Origin: Antedon mediterranea
Taxonomy: Eukaryota > Animalia > Echinodermata
Direction of reading: 5' to 3'
NCBI RefSeq assembly: GCF_964355755.1
Contig: NC_092678.1
Coordinates: forward strand, 3,674,422 to 3,738,421
Length of the DNA stretch: 64,000 nt
Shown: positions 13,773 to 25,909 of the stretch, one piece after another
How positions within the stretch are numbered: position 1 is the stretch's first letter
Layout of the letters: each line of letters begins with the position of its first letter
Notes under the pieces: model-generated
Seen by the model: only the letters and a program-made list of their open reading frames with translations
What the model was told of the DNA's origin: nothing
Database searches by the model: none
Program-made: the position numbers and the translations under genes

Positions 13773-14025
13773 ATAATAATATTCTGGATTTATATAGCGC
13801 CTAATGTTGTGAAACCTCTAAGCGCTGAACATTATTACCCCAGTCATTTTTTCTTGATCAAACACCTATGGAAACATACTCCCATAATGCAGCTAGTAAT
13901 CAGCGCAAAGTTGTGTCTTGATCTAACCAGGTTCCCATTTATACACCTGGGTGGAGAGAGGCATACCTAAGTAAAGTATTTTGCCTAAGGATACAAGCAA
14001 TGCAGCGACAGTTGGATTCAAACAT
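13773..14025 (-). mobile_element. tRNA-derived SINE, 5'-truncated, with L2-like tail
   Basis: Minus strand has a B-box-like GTTTGAATCC, the segment CCTTAGGCAAAATACTTTAC, the conserved central motif CTCTCTCCACCCAGGTGTATAAATGGG, a 3' GCGCTATATAAAT and an (ATT)n tail. Confidence 0.7.
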
Positions 14026-16000
14026 CAATCTTACATTTTCACTAGTTTTAAAGTAATATTTGCATTTTCAGAATCAAGTTCCCAGGTTGAAGGGATTTTG
14101 AAAAGTGATAAATACTAAATTATTCTTTCATTTAAAATCATAATCAGATTTTTGCAAAAGATTAATCTAAAAATATCTAAGACAAACATTTTTTTTTAAA
14201 TTGAGGAAACGGTAACTTGCCATTTAGGCATTACCCTCAGGAAGTCTGGCTCCAGAATCTACTCAATAATAATCTTAAGATACGATATTTCACTCAAATC
14301 ATTTTTTTTTAAAGAATTATTATATCAACTATGAAATCAGTAGAAAAAAGTAACGAATTAACAATAATTATGAACTTATAACATTAAGACAACTTTTACC
14401 AATAAAGAGATTTTTAAAAAATAACAAAATAAATTAATTTCATGATTTATACACACTACATGATTTTGGGATTATATAATGAATTTCATAATCTATACAT
14501 ACGAGTACATGTTTCTAAGTTTCTTATATAAAGTATAGATTAAAATAGCTTCCATGCATCATATTTGATGGACCATTGGTAGGATAAATTAATAAAACTA
14601 CAGAGATTATTAAACGCTTAATAAAGTGTCTAGTTAGCATATGCATGTAGATACATATTATGGTGGTATATAGTTATTGGGGACTTAAATAAGGAAATGT
14701 ACAGCTTAAAATAAACAAGATTGTACAGCCATTTCCCTTTAACCTTTGCCCTACTTTTTAATTTTAAATATTAAGTACTTTCTGTCATTATAAATTATTG
14801 TATTTAAAAAAAAATATCAAAACAATTTTAGATAAATTAATTTTATAGTAAAAGCTAATTTACTTATAAAAGTCTGTCTGTAAATTAGTTTAATTTCGTG
14901 TAGATGGGAAAAAATGTATTTTGCGAATAAAGATTATAATGTTAATATAAACTTATTTCTAAAATATTATTTAAATCACTAAACGTTTTATTTCAAAATT
15001 AATAAAAAATCTAAATTTGTATTGTTTTGGTAATATAGCCAACCACTATTCAGGGGACAGTTTGATTATGGAGGTTTTACTATCTCCATGCTTTGATGTG
15101 TCCCAAAGATGGTTCTACTGTAGGGGCAATACTGAATTAAATACTTTATTTTAAGCTTAGTAAAATGAATGTGATGGTCCGTGTATGGTAAGATATACAT
15201 TCCTAAACTGCCCTATATAAACGCAATAAGACATAAATTACATCATGTGGTCGATTTAATAAATTGTGTGGTTTCTCACTTTTATAAATTTCCGAGTAGA
15301 AGAGGATATCCACATGTCTCTCAACATCATCTAATAAGACACCCAAACCATGTACAGATTCACTACTCATTAGCTACACCTACAAAATATTGTCAGAATA
15401 CTTTCTTTAAACACTTTAATTTATTGTAGTAATTGAATGGTTTTGACAAAACTTTCACACTTTATTTGATGAACATATTAGTGATATCTTTGCAATAACT
15501 GATGCTGAAAATAGCATGCATGAACGTTAGTTGATCCTACGGGTCGGAACTAATAACCAGTTTCCAAAACATAACTATGAAAGTAAAAAAGTTTTTAACA
15601 ATGAAAACATTCGGCTTTCATTTTCAAAATATTATGTAATATGGTGAAAACATTACACTAAATGGAAAACAAAATTATTAGACTGATGAATCATGAACGT
15701 ATCTATTATTGTATTGGTAACAATAGCATAGTAGAATGTAAATGAAACGTAAAACAGCTGAAAGTGTCTCTAAATGACAGATATTGACATGAGCGATGAC
15801 AGATCCAACTAATTTCAGACATAAGGATAATTTTTGAAGAAAGAAATATGGAGATTTTCCACTTAAAATGAATACTGTTGTCTGCGTAAACCAGTATCAG
15901 GTAACACAATGCATCGTAGCTCAGATCTATGATCTGCATGTGCTATAAAGGATTCAGAGGTCTATAGGTGGTACCTAAATTAATTTATATAAAAAAAACT

Positions 16001-16545
16001 ATTTCATTTCATTTCATTTCTTTATTCGACAACAAGCGCTCAAGGGGTTGCAACAGCAACAGAGCGCCATAACACATTTGTGTCCGCAACCCCTGTAACA
16101 TACAACTTAATACAAGTTAAAAATGAATATAAAATATACAGAATATATAAAAAATTTAATTAATTTGTATTACTGTGTTACACAATTTAAAATACACCTA
16201 TACAATTAAAATAAATTTAGCGTTTATCAAGCAGATATTTTTCAAAGGAAGAGTAACTGCTTGATCTTTGATTATGGAGAGTAGTGATGACCATATAACA
16301 GGAAAATTGTTGATAGAAGAATATTTTAAAGTATCGGTACGTGCAAAAGGGTGGACAAATGTGAGTAATTCAGGATGGCGTTGATTGATATGGATATTAT
16401 TATTTACAGTACTACAAAAAGTTACATTATAAAAACAACGAAATATAAAGGAAATTAAAATCATTTAAAAACGTCTAGTATCACGTAAGGATAACCAACC
16501 CAAAGTTATTAAACGTTCATCGTATGATATATGATTACTGGAGAA
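16001..16545 (-). mobile_element. CR1/L2-clade LINE 3' fragment
   Basis: Degenerate ORF2 C-terminus SYDERLITLGWLSLRDTRR...ARTDTLKYSSINNFPVIWSSL, then a 3' UTR ending in AATAAA and (GAAAT)n. Confidence 0.7.
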
Positions 16546-17765
16546 TCTAAATCTCCTAAATATTTTCTTACTTCTAACTTCTTTTGATTCTTTGATTTTG
16601 ACAAATAAGTAAGCATAGAATATTCCAAATATATATACACGATGAAACAAATTTACATAATGCAAATCACAATTTACATACCGATTTAATTTATTTCTAA
16701 ATAATCGTACAAACATAGTATTTCTGTTATTTCTAATTTCTGTCAAAATCCACATGTATACATAACTGACAGCTCTCGAATATGAAGTTGTTATCGTTTT
16801 TTATTTTTTCGGTCCCTGGAAACTATCTTCATGATTTAACGTTAACTCCGTTGCGACCTTGTTTCACATCCTATTGTCAATAGTAATTGATGGATCACTT
16901 ATCAAACTGCGCTTCTTTTGGCAGGAACCCAGAATTTTGGCGTCCAGCCAGTGGTGCATAAAATCTAAAAATTTGTAAATCTGCAACCACAAATGCATAA
17001 ATTGATTGTATACGCATTAACTGTACTGACTTCTTTAAACGCCGCCGAATTTAATCAAAATTATTTGAAGTTTTGAATGGGGGGCCAATACACAAGAAAT
17101 GAAACAAGGGGTTGAAATGCACATGCATCAGTACAAGTCAGTACGACTTTAAATTGGTAGCTAAAATTACACGAAATAGCTTCCAAAATACGCTATACTA
17201 TATTCAATTAACATCGAGAAACTATGATCATAAACATTTATTAGAGCTTATCCTTGATGTCTCATTCTGAAAAATACCATTCACCTAACTCTTCTTTTGA
17301 ATTTACCATTCAATCATACACATGCACTTTATTCTTAATTTCCCTTTGCAACCCAAGGAGCTTCAAAAGAATGAGCATAGCCTTGTAAGCTATAAACAAG
17401 TACGAATACTTCCTTCTACTCCCCGAAAGTGACCTTGGCTCTCACCCTTCCTCCTAATGGGGGCTAAGCTAATTGAACATCCCCCTTCCTAAAACTTAAC
17501 CTTGACAAACTAGCAATTAACACTAAATATCAGTCGCTGTAATCAAAATAAAAGTTTACTCATGTAAACAAATTGGCTAAGATTAAAACACAATCAATTA
17601 CGCACCTGTGAAAGACAATCATTGTCTTCAGTAATAATTAGAAAAATTGCAACTGTAGGCAGAATACAAAGAACAAGTGATTAACAAGTTGAAGCAAATA
17701 AAAAATTAATCGAGTAAAATGCTAATCTTAATGCAGTGTTGCCTCATAACACTATACAGTACAAT

Positions 17766-19285
17766 TTTTAGGTGATCATTTAGAATAAAATGATCACCTA
17801 TTGTTATTGTATGAAATCTTTATTATTATTTTTCTTTTTTTTTTTCTTTTTATTGTTTCTGTACACTATTTTGTGTAACAATTATCTCAAAAAGTTTAAT
17901 GTCAATGATTACCAAAATTTCAGAATATCTTTCAAATAATATAACTTAATCCTAATGAGCTTTCCAGCGTGATCACTCATCCGTGACGTCATTTATACGC
18001 CATTTTGTGAAATCACATTATCAATCATATCTCCGTAATTCATTATGACATATTTAGGTTTTGATCAATTTAGAGCATGAATTAGGCGATTTGCGCGTTT
18101 CAAAAAATTACTGCGCAAAAATGCGTTTTTGTGCGCACAATTCTTAAAATGCGTACAATTCTTAAAATGCGTAAAAAATAAAATTTGATGTGATTTATAC
18201 ATCAAATTTATACATTCTACTCACAATCCTTAGTACATTCACCAATTTTGAGTCCATTCCGACTTAAAATAACGCTATACGAGCACGTTAAAAATGACAA
18301 AATGCGCACACTAATTGTACAAAAGTGCTAAAAATGGTAAAAAATAAGGACTTTTTAAAATGAATATAACTCTTCAGAATGGCAGATGACCCCCAATTTT
18401 TTTAACTTATTATGGAAGCCAATAAGTTGTAGATACAAATGTATATACACATTAGACGTACAAAATGGTATGACGTCATCAAATGGCCACTTGAATTTAA
18501 AAATTAGGAATTTTTTTCTTTTTGTGTGGGTTATCACATTCAATAGAGCGCATCTCTGTTATTTGTGCCCGATTTTCGCACAACTTTTAGTATGTGCTTG
18601 CTCAATTAATTATTCTTCTAATGAGTTGTCAACATTTTCATTTTGATGACGTCATCACGCGTAAAACCTTGAATAACCTAGGTCGTGTAATTTCGGCTAA
18701 ACCATACATTTGAATATCTTATAGCTCTTCAGAATTAAAGGTGACCTTGAAGATTATAACTTATTATGAAAGCTGATGAAATGTAGATATGAATTCATAT
18801 AAAAATTAAGCCTATCGGATGTTGTGACGTTATCACATGGCCAGTTGAAGTTAAAAAGTAGTTTTTAAATTTCTTTAGTCGAAGTTATACAAATTTCAAA
18901 GAGCGCGCATTGCCCTTCTGCGTGTCAAATTTTCTTCCAATTCTTATATTTATTTGCTCAATTCATTATCTTTCGAAATTGTCATCTTCGAGTTTATTTT
19001 GATAATTCCATCATACCAAAAATTTAGAACACGATGTGGGTCCCGTAATTTCACCTATGCTACACTGTATATAGATATACAGTACTGTATATACTGTACA
19101 TATTGTATGACACATAGGTAGAACTCAGCACTATAAGTATATATGCAATCATGTCATAGGATGGCGTACATCAACTTTTAACGATCGTATGTTAACGTAC
19201 ATGCATGTTTAAAAAATGTTAATTTTATTAAAATGATAAAAATGATCACCTATAATTCGTCAAAGTGACGAATTAAATTCTAGTT
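17766..19285 (+). mobile_element. Non-autonomous Helentron-type (HINE/DINE-1-like) element, about 1.5 kb
   Basis: 5' subterminal repeat TAGGTGATCATTT (17769-17781) with an adjacent inverted copy (17788-17800). 3' inverted copy at 19240-19252, hairpin AATTCGTCA-AAG-TGACGAATT (19254-19274), then CTAG and a T run. No TSD. Confidence 0.8.
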
Positions 19286-22200
19286 TTATTCTTGTTTTAG
19301 AATATTTTTCATGTTTATGCCAATTTTTCCATGTGTTTTTTTTTTCAAAAAATTGATAATATCTAATAACCTACAACATATATTTTTAATAGATTAATAG
19401 TAAAATAATGCAGATTCTACAATTTTCTGGCAATGATTCAAAACTGAACTTTATTGACGTGAAGTTTACGGCAAAGTGCCAACGTATTTAATACAGGATA
19501 TTTGAAAACAACCAGGGGCGTGTGTATTGTGTATGTACTATGAGAACATATACTAACAAGCTACTGAGAGCGAACATAGAAACGACAAAATAAATTGGTA
19601 GGGTGTGACTCATTGATCATGTGATCTTATTTTTCAAGAATATTACAATTTTTTTTTGATGCAAGGTTTTCTTTTATAGCAAGAACTTTAATTTAATTTG
19701 ACAAACAGATTTGGTAAAACTGTAATTCAAACAATGTTTTTTTTTGGAAAGTATTGTGTAGGCCTACTGGTAGTAGGCCTATGGATCATCATCATGATAA
19801 AGTTGTAGTACACGTATAGTTCAGAAATTCCTAAAGGCCAGACCGCACAGCAAAAAAATTATTTGAAACTCAATAAATTAGTTTTAAATTAACAGAAACG
19901 GCCTCACACCTGTTATGTTTTCACAAGGTTCTACGCGGCTATGTGCCAAGCGATTTATGCATAGCTGCCTGAAAAACGAAACATTTACGTTCGATTTGGT
20001 GATGTCCTATATTTAGAAGTATGTGAAATAACAGGGAGATTTAAGCAAACAAACTTTTCAATTTATAGGGGGCAGTATTCAGAGTACAAACCGGTAAAAA
20101 AATCCACAAAGTCAAACTATTTCTGAATGCTAGCCTTCGTCCCTAGTAAAATTAATTAACAGAGGAAGCCTGTTGTATGGGAGGCAATGGATAGATTAAG
20201 TGGCATAATTGTTGACATCCAGGGTAGGAGTTGGCCTGGACGCATTTTTGTTGCAAATTGGTTCACTCAGTCGAATGTACCAACGTAATATCAATATCGC
20301 ATCTTCAACAAATTTATTAATTCCTCCAGATTTATTGGCCACATTATAAGAAAAAAAATATACATTTATATTTACCTGGAAACATTGATGAAAAGAAAAA
20401 CAAATGAAGACAATATTTTTTCCAGAACTGCAGCTACATTATTATTGTCAGATCTGAAGTAAACGTTCACAAAACCCAAGAGAAAGAAGAATTATAATTC
20501 AAAATCCTCCAATCAACAAACCATCATTTCATTGTCTGCTAATGATTGGATAAGTCAATAGAATTATGATTTCTTAAACTTATACATAATTAATGTGCAA
20601 GTCTTTTACAGAACATAAATTTCACCGAGTGTACATGATCAAATCAGAAAATTGAAGATGTACTGTCCCCTGAAAAAATAATTCTTTACACTTTTTGATG
20701 AATATGCCATTTTAATGTCACATAATAGTTATGCACATTGACCAAAATTAAATTAGATTTAGATTGATTGAAAAAAAAAAAATCTTCATTTTTCATGTTT
20801 TTGGGGGACAATACATCTTTAAATGCTACACTGAATTCTAAAGATTCTATCATACTGCAACTAGGAGTGGTAGCGTCAATAAACAAAAGGTTGTTAAACC
20901 CCTTTTCCAGGATGCCGGGCACAAGAGAGATATCTAGCAATTTCCTGTCACCTCTTAAAAATTTAGGCCAAAACATAAACAAATATCAGAATATCAGTGC
21001 CCATTTAGTGTCTTCCGGCCCACTAAATCAATGCGAGTCTTTTTTTTCCTTTTATTTGAATCTGGTCTTAAAATAAAACAGTTCTACAATAAATATACTT
21101 TTTTGTTACAAACTTTACACATACTAAATTGATTGAGGGCAACCTTCAGATCATCTTGTACAATAAAAAATATGCGATACGTTATGACATGGTTTGAATC
21201 TTGAAGTGAGCCCTCTCAAGAACAATCAAATAACTTGTAAACTATATAAAAAGAAATCGTGAAGTGCACCCTCAACATAAAAGGATAAAAAGTAATAAAA
21301 GTATATCTGTAAAAAGAGGGCAGTAGATGGAAAATGTCCATATGGGAGTTGCAGCATGGTTAAGTGAAACATCATCCGAAGAGTATCAAATTGCCATCAT
21401 TGTACAGCTTTTAATGACGTTTAAAAAACTCTAAAGGATTTACAGATTAAGTTGTGGTGCCTGTGTCATTCCCTGCGGAATTCTGCACCGAAAAACAATA
21501 CATTGCACAATCACCAGTCTCAGAAGAGATCTTTTAAAATAAAAAACAATGTGATTTAGCATGTCGTGTGTTTGGTGTAATTTTGTGCGAGTATATTGAA
21601 TATTTTTCATTTAATTTCATTATTTATTCGGTCTATTTCAGTATATACATAACAAACAAAAAATTGGAGAGGGTCAACCTAAGTGAACTTAATCACTGTA
21701 GCTGAGCTGGTTGACCCAACCCCAAAGTCAAGTTTGTGTTTTTGAAACACAAATAAAAACTATGATTATATTCAAAGACTATATAACAAATCCAGTCATC
21801 TTTCACAAAGTCAATGTCACAATAGTACTTGGAACAGATTTGTTGGAACAGATTTGTTGAAGCAAATTAGCCCACCTAACGTGTTTCAGGATCATCATAC
21901 CATGAGACAAATTAGACTCCAATAAAGATACACTTTGTATACGTAGTATCGTTACGCAACTCGATACTAGTAACTATGGTAATTGGGGTCTTTGACAGTG
22001 ATGTCATTTGAAACATGTAGGTTTCACAAGAACTTGTACGTACATGGGGGCAGTGACCTCTAGACCACGGTAGTACCTGTAGAGTATTCACATTATTTTT
22101 TCCGTCATTGCCAAATACAGATCAGTAAAATAATAACATTCGTTATGATAGAAAGTTTACTTAAATATAAATTTAAATCCTAGTGAGGTTCTCTAGAAAT

Positions 22201-22337
22201 GTTATGACTAGTTATTGTGCCAAATGTAGCTTTGGAGAAGTACATACGGGAAAAGATGAAACAAAATTAAATTTAGAAACAATATAAAGATATTAGACAA
22301 GAAGAAATACCTGATCTAGCTATCTACAAGTATAATC

Positions 22338-23147
22338 AACTTTCCAACAATCACCCCAAACCTACTCTATACTTATACGTTCATTTGACCGGTTCTCAAA
22401 ATACACGACAACTAACGATGAAATAACAGTTTTTCACATCGCAACTTATACAACGTAATTTTGAAAACTACAACCATTTTTCTATATACATACAACGTAC
22501 ATTTCTAGTCTAACAAAAACATTTTTCTAAACTTTCTATTATTTAAAAGTCGAAGATAGCCAGGTCTTGGGTCCATTCTATTGTCGCCACAGATTGATAT
22601 CTTCATCAGTACTTCTATGAATGGATGATTAGGTGGGAACACGAACGCTAGTTGATCATACCCAGTACCGGTTTGATCGTACGATTAATCGGGAAACCAC
22701 CTCACGACGTTCATTTGACCGGTTCTCAAAATAAGTTTTCACTTAATTTTCAAAGTATTTTCTTCTTTACATTAAAAGTATTTTTTTATGTGAATTGCAT
22801 TTCAAGATTTTATTGTAAAAAAATCTTGGCAATATACCTAGGCCAAATACAATCAAGAGGTTAAGTTTATTAGGAAAAACAGTAGACATTCAAGCAGGAC
22901 TCCCTATGCGATAAACTTTCCAACAATCACCCCAAACCTACTCTATACTTTCATACGTTCATTTGACCGGTTCTCAAAATAAGTTTTCACTTTATTTTCT
23001 TCTTTACATTAAAATTATTTTTTTATGTGAATTGCATTTCAAGATTTTATTGTAAAAAAATCTTGGCAATATACCTAGGCCAAATACAATCAAGAGGTTA
23101 AGTTTATTAGGAAAAACAGTAGACATTCAAGCAGGACTCCCTATGCG
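22338..23147. repeat. Tandem duplication of a ~235-bp unit; first copy interrupted by a 303-bp insert
   Basis: Copy 2 is 22914-23147. Copy 1 is 22338-22403 plus 22707-22910. A 27-bp direct repeat (22377-22403 and 22707-22733) flanks the insert. Confidence 0.85.
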
Positions 23148-24327
23148 TTGTTCATCAGTCCTAAAGGGCATAATGCTGTTTGGCGGTAAACATGTTGACA
23201 ACAAAAGGGTGTGATACAATAAGGCAGATTACTATATCATTATTAAATTATGCAAGTAAAAGTTAAAGGGTATCAATTCAGTTTCGAATGTAAGCATTTA
23301 CTTGAAATCATTATTGCAGTATGCCTACATACATTTCTTTCTGGTTGTATTACTAACTCGTTTTCATTTAGGTTTTGCTTAATTTACAGTGTTTGTATCT
23401 CAAATGAGATCAAGTCACTGATACCAACAGCATTTTTGTTATTTTTTTCTCGCAGTAATTGGCCGTTTGATTTATATTTTCATCCTTATAAATAACAAAC
23501 AAAAACGTTTGTGAAATACTACAAACAAATTATCTTATAAATCATACAATTGTTTTATATTATTCAATTAAAAATGAAAATGAAATAATAAAATAATTTA
23601 GGAGGAAATTTATTTAGATTAGAATAAATTAATTTGCATTAAAATACTTTGAATAACTTGTCAACAAGTTAAAAGACGAGGAACATAGAGCAGATGTTTA
23701 TTTCCCTGAGAAATCGTAAGTGAAGGTGCGTGTCACTTAACACGTAAAAGGGAAGGCCGCTAAGCTTCTGCTCGTTGTAACATAACACTCTGGTCACCCA
23801 TCCGGCATAGTTAGGTAAGATCAACGGAAATAATCTTATAAACAACAAATTTTCTTAAACCAGCGAGTGATTAGGCCAAACTGGAAGTACTTATTAATTT
23901 GCCACGGAAAACACCAGGTATTTTTAGCGTACTCAACTACTTAGTACTTGTTTGTCTTTTGCGTTTTAGTTCCGTGGCTGTTCGATATCGGCACTGTGTT
24001 GAGTCGGGGAAATGTTAATTAAATTTAAGAATTGCTCGTTTGAGGACTACAAAAACATCCTAGGGCTCAGTTAAAAATACACTTTTTGATAAGGAAGTTG
24101 TTAGCATATTTAGTGAGATTTGTAAATCTTGTTCCGTTTACCTGAAGTGATCGGTCAAGGACTATGCTTATAAAATTGTTAGTTTCTAATTAAAACTTAA
24201 ACAAAAAATTACTATATTTAAATTGGTTTTGTTGTTTTATTCTCTCTTCTGTTAAATTCCTAATTTGTTTGTAATAGTATTGTATTGCCAAAACATACTA
24301 GTAAAGTAAGGTTTTCAAAGAAGAAAA

Positions 24328-24672
24328 TAATAATAATAATAATATTTATTCGGCAAAAGTTCATAAAGTACATTTTACAATTCATCTTGCCAGGAGCAAG
24401 TAATAGGCATGAGCCCAAACAGAAAACTGCTCTTACTCCATCATTACTTATAAAATACAAAAATAACAAAACTAAGTAGCACAAATTAAGTCAAAATAAA
24501 ACAAAACAAAACAAAGTTATAATGAGATACACCAATTAAAAATAAGCTGCATTGAATAAACAATATAAACAATTACAACTTAATATTTTGAGATCAAATG
24601 TTTGATGAGTTGGGCTTTAAAGTCTGAAATTGTAGTACATGTATATTGTTTAATTTCATTGGGAAGTTTATA
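24328..24672 (-). mobile_element. CR1/L2-group LINE 3' fragment
   Basis: Minus strand encodes YKLPNEIKQYTCTTISDFKAQLIKHLISKY* (ORF2 end motif WNxLPxxIK...FKxxLKxxL), then a 3' UTR, AATAAA and an (ATT)n tail. Confidence 0.65.
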
Positions 24673-24859
24673 CAGTGCAATAGAGAATGTAGGTTGTTAT
24701 ACTATATACAATGTCTTGGGGAATAATGTTTGAAATATTTTTTAATTAAAACATCTATTTTTAAGACAAAGTTTAAATAGTTTGCTGCTCCATTCAACTT
24801 TCACAATTTTTAAACAGATCGAGAGATGAAGTACATACTATTTTTATATATTTGATTTA

Positions 24860-25165
24860 TAATATAAATTCAAAAAGAAAAATTACTGAACAAAAATGAC
24901 AATGCCGTGGGTATCAGTGGCTGGATCTGGATGGAGATGCAAAATAAAATAGGCAAAAGCTAAATCGAAACGATGAAGTAAAACAGCCAGATAAATGTGC
25001 AGAGCTTTCGGGCAAGACTAGCCCTTCAACAGTGCAAGTGAGAGTAGGCCTTAAACAAAATAGAGAATATAAAGTAGACAAGCGCTGTCTGAGTGGACTG
25101 GAATAAAAAAGATAAAAACAAAGGAGGCACAGGCTGGTGGAGAGAGTAAGAGTAGTAAACAAGAT
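24860..25165 (-). mobile_element. Penelope-like element terminal-repeat fragment with mutated hammerhead motif
   Basis: Inverted homolog of 57355-57560, sharing ATCCAGCCACTGATACCCAC.GCATTGTCATT. Contains TGCA-CTGTTGA-AGGGC-TAGTCTT-GCCC-GAAAGCTC-TGCA at 24998-25036. Confidence 0.7.
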
Positions 25166-25640
25166 TTATAATATTATATATTTAAATGCAGAAGCAAATT
25201 TCATCCAATCATTATTTATGATTCATTTATTATGAACAATTTCCCACGCAATTTCAAATAGAATAAATAAATTATATAGCAAAACTATTAATTATGATCT
25301 TCAATTGAATTGTACCACAAGTACTTAAATAGAGCCTTATAAACATAGCTCAAGAGACATTCACCTTACTATCAAACGAAAGCAGCGGTGGCGCTGTTTG
25401 TTGTTTCCTCTCACTGTAGGAACGATGAGTTGGCTTGGCTTTGAGCACGTTTGTGTTTTGTAAACACTGAATCATCAATATTAACTAATATTTACAGTAA
25501 CCTGAATGAAGACTATAAATGAAAGTTTGGTATTGCCTAGTCATCATACATTTCTAGAGAAAATATCATAATTTTATAGGCCTTCAGAACTTTTACATTA
25601 TGCCTGAGGAAGGGATCGAACCAAAGGCTTTGGTAATCGT

Positions 25641-25909
25641 GTAATTCATTAGTTTAAGACCATTGATTGGTAAGTTAATTAGTCCAAATTAGTTATGAGA
25701 AAGATTTTTAAATTTTCATGATTTCAAAATATCTTTTTTTCATAGTAAATCACTAGTTTAAGAACATTGATTGATAAGTTAGTCAAAATTAGTTATAAGA
25801 AAGAGTTTTAATTTTTAAGATTTCTAAAATATCATATTTTTTTCATTGTAATTCACTAGTTTAAGAACATTGATTGATAAGTTAGTCCAAATTAGTTAAG
25901 AGAAAGAGT
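25641..25909. repeat. ~104-bp tandem repeat, about 2.6 copies
   Basis: Units begin near 25641, 25745 and 25848 (GTAA..CA(C/T)TAGTTTAAGA.CATTGATTG.TAAGTTA). Confidence 0.85.

Noticed and set aside
22590-22612. Minus-strand CTGATGA followed by a short AGAT/ATCT stem
   Set aside because: No GAAA after the stem, so it is not a hammerhead.
25600-25635. CTGAGGAAGGGATCGAACCAAAGGCTTTGG, resembling a decayed hammerhead
   Set aside because: The GAAA core and stem II are broken; too degenerate to call.
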